64,000 nucleotides of DNA from a virus, in the IMG/VR virus record IMGVR_UViG_3300018946_000033, positions 5,717-69,716 of that record; one strand, 5' to 3'. Below the pieces are notes generated by a model that did not search any database, was not told the origin of the DNA, and saw nothing but the letters and a program-made list of their open reading frames with translations. This document shows, in pieces, positions 47,117 to 56,298 of this stretch. Within the stretch, counting starts at the first letter, position 1; each line of letters starts with the position of its first letter. Both the position numbers and the translations under genes were made by a program.

Positions 47117-47866
47117 TCAGGCGGCTTGTCGGGACGCGCGTGGAACTCCGGGGCAGCCGGCCCGGGTCGGTGCGGCGCCGGGCTTGTAGTACTTGCACCA
47201 CGAGCACGGCTTCGACGACGAGGCGGGCACGAACGCCCAGCCGACGTCCTCGGTCTCAAGGGCGAGGTCGGGGATCATCTGCTTCGTGGCCGCGAGCCGT
47301 TCGAGGGCCGCGGTGGCGACGCCCCGGTCGTACGGGCGGGTCCATTCGCGGGACAGACGGAAGTCGTGCGACGCCCGGGCGAGCAAGCACAGCCGGACCC
47401 AGCGGACCTCTTGGCCTGCGCGTTCGTAGCCGAGGCCGTAGATGTGCGCCTGCGTCTCGTACTCCGGGCTCATGTGCAGGGGCAGGCGGGCGAGACTTTT
47501 CTCTCCGACGACCTTCCAGTCGACTACGCACGCGTTGTCGGTGTCGTACGCGTCGCAGCTGCCCGACAGGTCGTCGGCGGGGTGGACGCGGTTTTCGACG
47601 AGCCAGCGTTGCCGGCCGAGCCTGACGTTTTCCGCCTCGAGCGCCTCGGCGATGGTGGCGTGCACGGCGGTCCCGACGAGCGGCGCCCAGGGTAGGCGCG
47701 GGTCGGGCTTGGTGGGGGTGTTGAGGAGCCGGTAGGCGAGGGCGCGTTGGCATTCGACGCCGACTTCGGACGGGCCGAGCGCGGTCTGCTTGGAGCGGGG
47801 GCTGTTCGCTTCGTGGCGGGCGAGGATCTGTTCGAGTTCGACGATGGTCGAGGGTGGCTGGTTCAT
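47117..47866 (-). CDS. Cas4-like PD-(D/E)XK exonuclease
   Basis: GPSEVG.C, GTAVH, GSCD, VDWK, QAHIY, CSWC. Confidence 0.85.
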   Translation of the reverse strand: MNQPPSTIVELEQILARHEANSPRSKQTALGPSEVGVECQRALAYRLLNTPTKPDPRLPWAPLVGTAVHATIAEALEAENVRLGRQRWLVENRVHPADDLSGSCDAYDTDNACVVDWKVVGEKSLARLPLHMSPEYETQAHIYGLGYERAGQEVRWVRLCLLARASHDFRLSREWTRPYDRGVATAALERLAATKQMIPDLALETEDVGWAFVPASSSKPCSWCKYYKPGAAPTRAGCPGVPRASRQAA

Positions 47867-49140
47867 GCGGCCCGCCTGCGGGTGTGCTGGCGGGTGAGGC
47901 GGTCGGACACTTCGGCGCGCATGGTGGCGCTGGCAGGGTGGATCATCTTCGCGGGGTCGACGATGACGCAGACCCGCTCAGCTCGAGACGCAGCGGTGTA
48001 CAGCCACTTGGCGGCGCCGCCTCGGAAGGCGCGGGCTTCGTTGACGACGGCGACGCGGGGCCACTGGGAGCCTTGTGCGGAGTGGCAGGTGACGGCGTGG
48101 GCGAAGGTGGCGGCCACGGTGTCGCTGTCACGGTCGGCTTTGGCGGCTTCCTGCCCGTCTTGGTCGGTGAAGCCGCGCTGGTCGGTGAGCCACACGGCTT
48201 CTTCGCCGGTGTCGGTGGTAACGGTGAGGCAGTACGCGTCGTCGGCTGGGGTTACGGCGGTGATGGTGGCTTGCTGGCCGTTGATGACGTTGAAGGCGGG
48301 GTCGTTGCGGAGGCACATGATGCGGTCGCCGATGACGGGTACGCCGGCGGGGTGTCCGTGGCTGGCGCGGATGGCGTTGATGATGATCCATCGGGTGGTG
48401 CGGCGGCCGACGATGATTTGGTCGTAGCGGGCGAGGTCGGCTGGCTTCCAGGGGGCGGTGGTGGCTCCTGCGGCGCCGTTCCAGGGTGGGGTTGGGTGGC
48501 CGTTTCGGAGGGCGGTGGCGAGGTCGATGATGGGGGCGGTGTCTGCTCCGCGGTGGATGGTGGTGAGTTGGGCGTCGGGTGCGCCGGTTCGCCATCGTGC
48601 TGGTCCGTTGACGGGTGGGAGTTGGTAGGGGTCGCCGAGGGCGAGGATGGGGATTTGGTAGCTGGATAGGTCGGCGAAGGTGCGGTCGTCGACCATGCTG
48701 GCTTCGTCGAGGACGATGAGGTTGGGTTTTTTCCCGCCGAATGCTTTGTCGTGGGGGCGGGGGTTGAAGAGGGGTTGTTGGCGTACGCGGTCGATGGTTC
48801 GTTCGAGTTCGTGGGCGCGGGTGCTGCGTGGGTCGAGGGTGGCGAGTTCTTTGCGTAGGGCGGCGAGTGTGGTGGTGCGTTCGCCGGCTGGGGCGTAGAT
48901 GGCGGCGTGGATTGTGGTTGCTCCGTCGCATCCTTTGGCGCGGAGGACGGCTGCTGCTTTGCCGGTGGGGGCGATGTAGGCGGTGGTGCCGGGGGCGCAG
49001 GTGTTGGCGATGTGGTGGACGAGGGTGGTTTTGCCGGAGCCTGCTGGGCCTTCGAGTCGGTAGTGGTTGCGTCGGCGGGTGCGGTACCAGGTGGTGGCGC
49101 TGGTGATGGCGTGGGCCTGGTCGGGGGCGGGGTTGTTCAT
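47863..49140 (-). CDS. Dda/RecD-like SF1 helicase
   Basis: GPAGSGKT, APTGKAA, LDEASM, GDPYQLPPV, TCHSAQGSQW, YTAASRA. Confidence 0.93.
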   Translation of the reverse strand: MNNPAPDQAHAITSATTWYRTRRRNHYRLEGPAGSGKTTLVHHIANTCAPGTTAYIAPTGKAAAVLRAKGCDGATTIHAAIYAPAGERTTTLAALRKELATLDPRSTRAHELERTIDRVRQQPLFNPRPHDKAFGGKKPNLIVLDEASMVDDRTFADLSSYQIPILALGDPYQLPPVNGPARWRTGAPDAQLTTIHRGADTAPIIDLATALRNGHPTPPWNGAAGATTAPWKPADLARYDQIIVGRRTTRWIIINAIRASHGHPAGVPVIGDRIMCLRNDPAFNVINGQQATITAVTPADDAYCLTVTTDTGEEAVWLTDQRGFTDQDGQEAAKADRDSDTVAATFAHAVTCHSAQGSQWPRVAVVNEARAFRGGAAKWLYTAASRAERVCVIVDPAKMIHPASATMRAEVSDRLTRQHTRRRAA

Positions 49141-49304
49141 CGGGTACCGCCTGCCGATGTGGCTTCCTGGTTTTTGGCGTGGTGGTAGGCGGCTGCGAGC
49201 GCCCAGGAGCCGGTTTCTGCGGGGTCTCTCCAGGTGCGGTGGTGGCGGGTCCATCCCTGGCTGAGGAGGTAGGCGGTTCGTTCGGTGTCGCGGGGTGTGG
49301 GCAT
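49137..49304 (-). CDS. Small hypothetical protein
   Basis: AAGGA RBS, ATGA coupling. Confidence 0.55.
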   Translation of the reverse strand: MPTPRDTERTAYLLSQGWTRHHRTWRDPAETGSWALAAAYHHAKNQEATSAGGTR

Positions 49305-49344
49305 GGGGGGTCCTTGTCTGCGGGGGTTGGTGAGGGCGTGGTGG

Positions 49345-49744
49345 GGCTGCGGGGGATGGGATTTCCTATCCCCCGCCATGATCGTTAAGTGTTTGCGCAG
49401 GTCAGGGTGGGTAAGCCATCGACCGTGCGGGTGATGCGGGGTTGCGGGGGCTGATCCCAGCCCTTCTCTACACGTAATGAAAAAAGTTGTGCATGACATA
49501 TGGGCGGTATCAGGCACGAACCATACGAAACCACCAGTACAACTTTTTGCTTCTTGTATGCGTTGGACTAAAAACATCGTTCTAATACCCGCAATACCCG
49601 CAGTATCAATGGATTTATGGCCTTGACCTGGGGTTATAGAAGTTGACCTTGGCGGGGGATAGACACCAAGATCAAACCCAATACCCGCAGACTGCGGGGG
49701 ATAGGCAAAACCTGCGGGGGATACGCACCCGCTAACCCCCGCGG
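49345..49744. repeat. Putative replication origin: AT-rich core flanked by iterons
   Basis: GCGGGGGATA at 49652, TGCGGGGGATA at 49693 and 49713; AATACCCGC at 49584, 49593, 49680; AT-rich about 49470-49620. Confidence 0.75.
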
Positions 49745-51520
49745 TCACGACGACACCCCCGGCAGGGGCATCTCAGCCGGAGGCGCGGGCGTCACCGAGT
49801 ACGACCAGACCTTCGTGTGCGGGTCGAAGTAGCCGTTGAGCCGGTACCCGCCACGGAACCGGCCCCGCTCGGCCGTGAGCATCTTCCCGAGGCCCTGCGC
49901 CGACGGGACCTGCCCGTCGCGTTTGCGGACCAGGAACGTGCCCTTCCAGTCGTAGTTCATGGCGTTCATGAGGTCGGGCATCGCCGAGTCCCGAAGCTCC
50001 ATGGTCTTCATGACCCGGTCGCCGAACAGCTCGTACCACCGGGCGTAGAACGCCCCGTACGTGGACTCCTCGTCGTCCGCCTCGGTCAGCCCAGCCCGGT
50101 TCGACATGAACCCCGGCTCCTTGAGCCAGCCCAGGAACCCGGCCGTCGCCGACGCCCACGGCGTGAAGCTCCGCATCGGCGCTTCGATTCGCGGTGCGCC
50201 GGCAGCGATCCAGCCGCGCATGAGCACGAGCAGGTGGAACAGCAACGTCGCCCTGTTCTCCGGCTCTTTGAGCCACTCGTCGAGGTCGCCGAGGGCGTAC
50301 TGCGAGGATGGGCGCAGGTCCGGGTCGGGCATGTTGGCGTCGAGGCGGATCAGGACCGCGCGGGATGGGATGTCCCCGCCGATCGAGATGGCGTTGCCCG
50401 TGACGAACCACGCCCGGTCGTTCGGGACGCGGGCGCTGACTGACCCGCCAAGGATGCGGTCCGACCACACCTTCGCGGTGAGCAGCGCCGCGAGGGTGGG
50501 CTGGTCAACCGCCTCGGCCTTGCCCACGTTGTCGAAGCACACGACGGCGCCGCCCTGGTCCACGAGGATCGACGTGATGGCCTTGCGGAGCTCCACGTCG
50601 TCCGACACCCACGAGCGGGTGTAGCCGCTGTAGATCGAGGTCATGATCTCGGTAAGGAGCGACTTGCCGGTGGATGGCGACGCCGCGTCAACGGCGAACA
50701 GTGGGAGAAGCGCACCGCCGAGGTAGCCGCGCATCAGGGGCGAGGTCAGGGCACCGATGTAGTTGGCGCGGCTTGGCCCAACCCACGGGAAGTCGCGCAG
50801 CAACGCGTCCATCAGGAACGCCTTCGCCGCTTGCAGGAGTTCCCGGCTGGGCCGTTCGGGGACGTTGGCGATTGGCAGCTTCGGGGAGTAGATGAGCGCC
50901 GTCACCGGGTCGTACCCGGGTTCCTGGACGAGCGAACCGTCGGGGCGAAACACGGGGGCGGTGACGATCCCGTTGAGGGGGCGGAGCCGTGGCCAGTGGG
51001 TCGAGGCGAGCGCCGCTGCGGCCACAGCGTCCTTCGGCATGGCCTCGACCTCGACGAGTTCCGATTCCCCATCGGGGAGTTTCCGGTTGCGCATCTCGTA
51101 GGTGAACGTGTGCTCGGCGAGGAGCCGGGCGAGGCGCTTCTGATCGACGGTGACGATGACCTGCGGCGGCACGTCCTTGTCGGTGACGTCGCCGCTGGGT
51201 GTTTCGACGGAGACGACGGCGCCGGCCCGGACGTACGTGTCGGGGAGGACGTTGTCGTTGATGGTGGCGGCGATGGTGCGGATCGATTCGGGATCGGCGC
51301 CGAGCTGGACGCGGGGCAGCCCGCGGCCGGCGGTGGCGTTGTGGACGCGGATGCGGTCCCGCGCGGCCTGGGCTTTGGATTCCTTCTCGGCTTTCTCCGC
51401 CTGCTTGGCCAGGAACCGCTCGTGGCGTTCCCGGTCTCGCTTCGCGGTCGCCGATTCGGGCGCCCCGACGGGCGGGACGAGGGTGAGCGCGGCGGCGCCG
51501 GGCTTGTCGCGGTTGGTCAT
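49745..51520 (-). CDS. Primase-associated P-loop helicase/replication protein
   Basis: PSTGKSLL, FDNV, RILGGS, TGN; coupled to prim-pol. Confidence 0.8.
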   Translation of the reverse strand: MTNRDKPGAAALTLVPPVGAPESATAKRDRERHERFLAKQAEKAEKESKAQAARDRIRVHNATAGRGLPRVQLGADPESIRTIAATINDNVLPDTYVRAGAVVSVETPSGDVTDKDVPPQVIVTVDQKRLARLLAEHTFTYEMRNRKLPDGESELVEVEAMPKDAVAAAALASTHWPRLRPLNGIVTAPVFRPDGSLVQEPGYDPVTALIYSPKLPIANVPERPSRELLQAAKAFLMDALLRDFPWVGPSRANYIGALTSPLMRGYLGGALLPLFAVDAASPSTGKSLLTEIMTSIYSGYTRSWVSDDVELRKAITSILVDQGGAVVCFDNVGKAEAVDQPTLAALLTAKVWSDRILGGSVSARVPNDRAWFVTGNAISIGGDIPSRAVLIRLDANMPDPDLRPSSQYALGDLDEWLKEPENRATLLFHLLVLMRGWIAAGAPRIEAPMRSFTPWASATAGFLGWLKEPGFMSNRAGLTEADDEESTYGAFYARWYELFGDRVMKTMELRDSAMPDLMNAMNYDWKGTFLVRKRDGQVPSAQGLGKMLTAERGRFRGGYRLNGYFDPHTKVWSYSVTPAPPAEMPLPGVSS

Positions 51521-52431
51521 GCTGCCACCGGCCGATGCGCGGTGGTGCCGTAGCCGAGCCGGCGCAGTTCGCGGGCGGCGGAGGCGTAGTCGCCGCCGAA
51601 TTCGAGCAGCGCGTACGCGCCGAACTTGGAGTACGACTCGAGGCCGAACGGCACGGAGCTGGAGAAGTTGCGGAGCCGGTCGGTGCCGAGCGCGTTGGTG
51701 GTGGCTGACACGCCTTCGCGTTTCCCGGGGCGCCGCCAGTACCCGGTTTCGCCGCGCTGCCCGGCGAAGGTCCAGTCGTGGGGTTGGAGGATCTCGGACC
51801 AGTTGGCGCGGCGGTTGTAGTCGTCGCCGGGGCTGACGCTGCCGTCGTGTGGGCGTGGCCGGGCGGGGCGGATGGGTGCGATGGGTGCGGGGTCGAGAAG
51901 GTTGCGGACGGCGGGCCAGTCGATGGCCTCTTCGTGGTCGCTGGTTTCGATGACTTCGTAGACACCGTCGTAGCTGTATTCGGCGCAGACGACGTGGGAT
52001 GGGGGGAGGAGGACGTAGCCGCCGACGGCTTTGAGTTCGAGGGCTTTGTCGCGGCCGACTGCTCCGCCGCGTTGGTTGGTGCCGGCGAACCACATGTGGA
52101 GGCCGCCGCTGGGGGTACGGATGGTGGCGGATGCTCCGCGGACTAGGCCGGCGCGCCAGGCGGTGCGGAACAGTTCGAGCCCGGCGCGGCCGTCTTTGGT
52201 GTCGATGTCGAGGACGTCGGGACCGGGGGTTCCGCAGGCGACGGCGATGTTGGCGGTGGGCCAGCGGTGCCACCAGCGGGTGATGGTGGCGGGGTCGACG
52301 GTGGCGTTTTTGAAGCCGTGGGGTGCGGCGGCGGCGAGGGGTTCTTTGCCGAGGGGTCGGCAGGGGAACACGGGCCAGCCGATTTCGGCGTAGGCGAGGG
52401 CTGCCTGGCCGAGTGGGGAGAGCTGGGTCAC
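51517..52431 (-). CDS. Bifunctional DNA primase/polymerase
   Basis: GWPVFPC, NIAVACG, VLDID, TPSGGLH, GGYVLLPPS. Confidence 0.93.
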   Translation of the reverse strand: MTQLSPLGQAALAYAEIGWPVFPCRPLGKEPLAAAAPHGFKNATVDPATITRWWHRWPTANIAVACGTPGPDVLDIDTKDGRAGLELFRTAWRAGLVRGASATIRTPSGGLHMWFAGTNQRGGAVGRDKALELKAVGGYVLLPPSHVVCAEYSYDGVYEVIETSDHEEAIDWPAVRNLLDPAPIAPIRPARPRPHDGSVSPGDDYNRRANWSEILQPHDWTFAGQRGETGYWRRPGKREGVSATTNALGTDRLRNFSSSVPFGLESYSKFGAYALLEFGGDYASAARELRRLGYGTTAHRPVAA

Positions 52432-52595
52432 CGCGCACCGTCGCGGAGCGCGTCGAGGATGGCGGTGTGCTGCTGGTCGATGTTGCCGGCGTGGCGGTGG
52501 AGGGCGTCGAGTACGTCGGCGATGCGGGTGATGTGCCGTTGGGCGCATTCGTTGGTTGCGTCTTGCCGGCCCTGCTCGTACTCGGTGTTGTGCAT
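52428..52595 (-). CDS. Small hypothetical protein
   Basis: GTGA-coupled to prim-pol. Confidence 0.55.
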   Translation of the reverse strand: MHNTEYEQGRQDATNECAQRHITRIADVLDALHRHAGNIDQQHTAILDALRDGAR

Positions 52596-52699
52596 TGTGG
52601 TGCCCCGTTCGCCGTCGTCGTCTTGGTGCTGGGAGGGGTGGTGCGATGCCGGTGAGTGCCAGGCGGGGAGCCGCGTCGGGGGCCTTCTAGGTCGGTGCC

Positions 52700-52815
52700 G
52701 TGGATATCCACGTGGATATCCACACGCTAACCGATCGCGGATATCCACGCAAGCGGGTCTGCCGGCTGATCGAAGGGTCGACGTTCTTGCGGTGTGGATA
52801 TCCATCCCGTACGGT
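52700..52815. promoter_or_regulatory. Operator array GTGGATATCCAC and leaderless promoter
   Basis: Tandem perfect palindromes 52700-52723; near copies at about 52738 and 52794; TACGGT at 52810. Confidence 0.75.
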
Positions 52816-52821
52816 TTGGGC

Positions 52822-53034
52822 GTGATGATGTCCCCGCTGAAGGCGACCCACCGGCCGCACCGCCCCATCCGTATTGAGGAGGAGCTGTGGAAGCCGTTCG
52901 GGGAGCTCGCGGGGGTCCGGGACCGAGCTGAGGTCATTCGCCAGTTCGTTGCCTGGTACATCCGTAAGCCCGGAGCGAAACTGCCGCAGCGCCCTGCGGC
53001 TCGCCGTGCGGACCCGGCCGACCCCTCCGAATGA
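52822..53034 (+). CDS. Ribbon-helix-helix regulator
   Basis: HRPIRIEEELW...RAEVIRQFVAWY. Confidence 0.8.
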   Translation: MMMSPLKATHRPHRPIRIEEELWKPFGELAGVRDRAEVIRQFVAWYIRKPGAKLPQRPAARRADPADPSE

Positions 53035-53081
53035 GTTACCTCGGGGCAGGCACCGGTCGTACCCGCTGAGCCTCCCGCCGC

Positions 53082-53396
53082 TCACGCCGACCACCTGCTG
53101 GTCTTGCGGTGCCGCGCGCTGACGAGCGCGTCAACGGGGTGCTTCGCGTGGTACCGGGCGACGGCAATCTCGACTGGCCCTTTGACGGCGACCATGAGAA
53201 AGATGCCGGCGACGGCTGCTGCGATGAGGGCCCAGTTGTTGGGCTGGTAGTTGTGCAGCAGTTCCTGGGCGATGTGCATGGCGGTGTACGCGGCGAGGAG
53301 GTCGGCTGCGGCGATGGGCAGGGGGTGGCCGAAGAGGAGCGCCCCGCCGAGGACCATGAGCGTGGTGGCGGCGAGGGCGAGCGTGGTGGCGGTCAT
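53082..53396 (-). CDS. Membrane protein
   Basis: Three hydrophobic helices; ATGA coupling. Confidence 0.6.
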   Translation of the reverse strand: MTATTLALAATTLMVLGGALLFGHPLPIAAADLLAAYTAMHIAQELLHNYQPNNWALIAAAVAGIFLMVAVKGPVEIAVARYHAKHPVDALVSARHRKTSRWSA

Positions 53397-53743
53397 CGCC
53401 ACACCGACACGGTGGTCTTGGGGTGGTCGACGCAGGCGGCGTGTAGGTCGCGGAGGAACTGCAGGCAGCCGTTGTAATTGCCCCACCCGTTGGCGGGGTT
53501 CATGGCGAGGTAGGTGGCTGGGTCTTCTTCCATGCGCCGGATTGCGGGGGCAAGCGCTTCGGCTGCGACGGGTGCGCTGACTCGGTGGAGCGCGGCGAGG
53601 TCGGCCCCCGCGTGGCGCCACATGGGTGCGACGTTGGAGGTGCAGTTGCCTTGCCAGATGGTGGTCGGGTCGGGGACAGCTTGGCCGTTGGTGTCGATGC
53701 TGGTGCGGCCAGTGTCGATTTCCAGGTAGATGTCGTAGCTCAC
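53393..53743 (-). CDS. Hypothetical phage protein
   Basis: MSYDIYL, TSNVAPMW, NPANGWG motifs. Confidence 0.75.
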   Translation of the reverse strand: MSYDIYLEIDTGRTSIDTNGQAVPDPTTIWQGNCTSNVAPMWRHAGADLAALHRVSAPVAAEALAPAIRRMEEDPATYLAMNPANGWGNYNGCLQFLRDLHAACVDHPKTTVSVWR

Positions 53744-54018
53744 GCTGCCCACCTGTCCCCGCTGTGCGCGTGGACGTACTGGGCGCCGTGGTGGCTGGTG
53801 AGGTGCCACGCGTCGACCTGCGACGCCGGGAGGTACCGGAATCCTGCGGTGTCTTCCATGGCGTTGGCCTCGTCTGCTGGTTGGTTGAGGAATCTCGCGC
53901 CGTACGCGTTGGCGTACTGCTGCGCTTCGGCGGGGGTGTCGGGTCGCCACTGGTGGCCCTGGCGGTCGACCATGAGGTTGTTGAACCCGGCCGGGTACGG
54001 CTCGGTGGTGCGGTCCAT
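53740..54018 (-). CDS. Hypothetical protein
   Basis: RBS, coupling. Confidence 0.6.
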   Translation of the reverse strand: MDRTTEPYPAGFNNLMVDRQGHQWRPDTPAEAQQYANAYGARFLNQPADEANAMEDTAGFRYLPASQVDAWHLTSHHGAQYVHAHSGDRWAA

Positions 54019-54048
54019 CGGTTTCCCCCGTTGCTGTGGTGGGGCTGG

Positions 54049-54600
54049 TCAGGCTGCGATGTGGTCGAGTGATCCGCCGAACAAGTCGTCGGGCTGGCTG
54101 CCCGATCCGCACTCGGGCGTCGCGGTCCGTGTCGGCAAGGCGTTCGGTCGGGCTGACGTGATGACCCAGAGCCGCCGGTCGACGGGCTCGTATGCGGTGG
54201 TGTCGCGTCGCCTGCTCGGCACGTCCCACCCGGGTCGGGCCGGCAGTTTGGCGGCGAGGAGCCACCCGGCCGCGCGGAGGCTGGCGCCGCCTTCGTCGCT
54301 TCGGGTGTACGTGACGGCGCGGTGGTATCCGCGGTGCTTGGCCGAACGCCAGCAGGCGCGGTAGAGCATTGAGCAGGCGTTGAATTCGCCTGTGGTCGCG
54401 ACGCGTGTCACTTCGATCGTCAGGCCGTCGTCGAGGTGGCGGGACACGGGCCGGCCAGCGGTGGCAACGCCGACCAGCGTGTCGTCCTGCGCTGCCCCGA
54501 TGGCGAAGAGGAACCCAGGCGGCGGCTGGTGGTGGCGGTGCCAAGCGGTGATGAAGTCGAACGCCCGGTCGCGGTAAACGGGCACGACGCGCAGGCTCAC
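54049..54600 (-). CDS. XF1762-like (Mom-related GNAT fold) protein
   Basis: HRHH, GRPVSR, EVTRV, NACSMLY, TYT, GASLRAAGW. Confidence 0.8.
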   Translation of the reverse strand: MSLRVVPVYRDRAFDFITAWHRHHQPPPGFLFAIGAAQDDTLVGVATAGRPVSRHLDDGLTIEVTRVATTGEFNACSMLYRACWRSAKHRGYHRAVTYTRSDEGGASLRAAGWLLAAKLPARPGWDVPSRRRDTTAYEPVDRRLWVITSARPNALPTRTATPECGSGSQPDDLFGGSLDHIAA

Positions 54601-54743
54601 GGCTGGCCGCCTGCCTCGTCGTCGCCGCTGGGCGGGTCCGCGACCTGGTCCCAGTTCCCGGCGGCTTTGAGGGTGGCGGCGATGTGGGGCCACTGCTGGC
54701 CGAATAGGGCGGCCAGGTCGGTGACCGCCGGGGCCCCGGTCAT
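54597..54743 (-). CDS. Small hypothetical protein
   Basis: Coupled at both ends. Confidence 0.45.
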   Translation of the reverse strand: MTGAPAVTDLAALFGQQWPHIAATLKAAGNWDQVADPPSGDDEAGGQP

Positions 54744-55102
54744 GCGGCGGCCTGCCACTGCTCTGCCCGCGCTGCCTTCGCGACTTCTTGGCATTTGCGG
54801 CTGCAGTAGTCGGACCTGACGTCGCGGCACACGATGAACCGCGGGCATTGGGTGCACCTGCGGGCGGGCTGGCCATAGTCGTCGTAGGGCACGCCGGCCT
54901 GGATCATGCCGACGGGTGTGCGGCGCAGCCGGTCCTCGTTGCATTGGGCGAGCACGGGGCACGCCTCGCATGCACGGATGGCTGTGCGGGCGCGGCGGTA
55001 CTCCTCGGACGCGACGCCGTGGACGGGTCGCGCGGGTGGGGTGAGCCAGTCGTCGGGGCGCTTCGCGCATGCGGCGAGGGTGCGCCAGTCGAGGTCGGTC
55101 AT
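54740..55102 (-). CDS. WhiB-like protein with C-terminal Zn finger
   Basis: WRTLAAC...CEACPVLAQC..GMIQAG; CTQC...YCSRKC. Confidence 0.8.
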   Translation of the reverse strand: MTDLDWRTLAACAKRPDDWLTPPARPVHGVASEEYRRARTAIRACEACPVLAQCNEDRLRRTPVGMIQAGVPYDDYGQPARRCTQCPRFIVCRDVRSDYCSRKCQEVAKAARAEQWQAAA

Positions 55103-55527
55103 GCCGCCGCTCGCAACTGCTCGGCGCGGATCGCGGCGCGGTGCCGGGTGACGGCCCGTTCGCTGATGCCCAACTCGCGGGCGATGGCGGCGGCGCCCTT
55201 GTGTTCGCGGTCGAGCGCGGCGATGCGCCGCCGGAACTCGAGGGAGCGGGGCCACGCCTTCGGCGCCTCGGGGCGGACGACCGCCCGTTGGCCGTGGCGC
55301 GCGCGCCGCTCGCCCTCGGTGGTGCCGCCCCAGATGCCGCGCTGGTCGGTGGCGACGGCGTACTCGAGGCATACCGCCTTGACGGGGCAGAATCCGCAGA
55401 GTGCAACGGCCGGCTGGTGGGTGATCTGCTCGTCTTGGTTGGGGAAGAACTCGCTGGCGGGGACGCCGAGGCAGGTTCGGTCGAGGTTGCCGTACAGCTT
55501 GTCGGCGAGCGATTTGATGTTGCTCAT
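55099..55527 (-). CDS. whiB: WhiB-family regulator with C-terminal HTH
   Basis: C..FFP...CGFCPVKAVC..GIWGG; IARELGISERAVTR. Confidence 0.9.
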   Translation of the reverse strand: MSNIKSLADKLYGNLDRTCLGVPASEFFPNQDEQITHQPAVALCGFCPVKAVCLEYAVATDQRGIWGGTTEGERRARHGQRAVVRPEAPKAWPRSLEFRRRIAALDREHKGAAAIARELGISERAVTRHRAAIRAEQLRAAA

Positions 55528-55600
55528 TGGGTGTCCTCGGTGCTTGTGGGGTGAGGGGTGAGGGGTGGGGCGCCGTCAGGTGGACGGCGCCCCGTCGAGG

Positions 55601-56092
55601 TCAGAAGGGGGGTTCCTCGTCGAATCCGGAGGTTGGGCGGCCGGTGGATCCGGCGGCGGACGCCCACGGGTCGTCGGCCGGTGCGCCCCCGCGGATCGAG
55701 TCGGACGTCGGCTTGCCGCCGCCGGAACGCTCGAGCTTCTGCACCTTCGCCGTGGCGAACGTCAGGCTCGGCCCGATGGAGTCGATGAGGAGGGACGGCT
55801 TGGAGCGCTTCCCGCCGCCGTTCTTGTCCTCCCAGGACTCGGTGACGAGCCGGCCGGTGACGACGATTTCGACGCCGCGCTGAACTGACTCGGCGAGGTT
55901 CTCGGCGAGCTGTTTGAACGCGACGGCTTCGACGAAGAAGACCTTGTCGTCTTCGTACTGGCCGGTCGCCTCGTTTTTCTTGCGGGAGTTGAAGGCAAGG
56001 TTGACCTTGGCGACGGCCATCCCGGACGGGGCGAAGCGCAGTTCGGGGTCGGCGGTCGCCCGGCCGACGCCGGTGAGGGTGGGCAGGCTCAT
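55601..56092 (-). CDS. ssb: Single-stranded DNA-binding protein
   Basis: ADPELRF, LAENLAES, acidic tail DEEPPF. Confidence 0.95.
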   Translation of the reverse strand: MSLPTLTGVGRATADPELRFAPSGMAVAKVNLAFNSRKKNEATGQYEDDKVFFVEAVAFKQLAENLAESVQRGVEIVVTGRLVTESWEDKNGGGKRSKPSLLIDSIGPSLTFATAKVQKLERSGGGKPTSDSIRGGAPADDPWASAAGSTGRPTSGFDEEPPF

Positions 56093-56298
56093 GAGGGGTT
56101 CCTTCGCTTGGTGATGGGTGAGACGTTGCTGGGGGTCGGGGTGGTGGGGGTCGGCGCTGCCGGCGGCCCGCATGCCTTGCAGCGCCAGCCACGGGCGTAG
56201 AGCTGGGCGGAGGTGTCGACACACTTGGGTCCGTCCACCGCGCAGTGGCCTTTGCGGACCGGCTGGTGGGTCGGGGCGACCGGCATCGGGGCGGTCAT
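56089..56298 (-). CDS. Small Zn-binding protein
   Basis: C..C..LYARGWRC; ATGA coupling. Confidence 0.6.
   Translation of the reverse strand: MTAPMPVAPTHQPVRKGHCAVDGPKCVDTSAQLYARGWRCKACGPPAAPTPTTPTPSNVSPITKRRNPS

Noticed and set aside
47117-47866. CRISPR-Cas system
   Set aside because: Solo Cas4-like nuclease common in phages; no cas1, cas2 or array
49137-49748. 203-aa ORF across the origin
   Set aside because: 5' part has atypical composition and repeats; only the last 55 codons look coding
49745-52723. 992-aa primase-helicase fusion
   Set aside because: N-terminal ~400 codons are off-frame to prim-pol; two ATGA-coupled genes fit better
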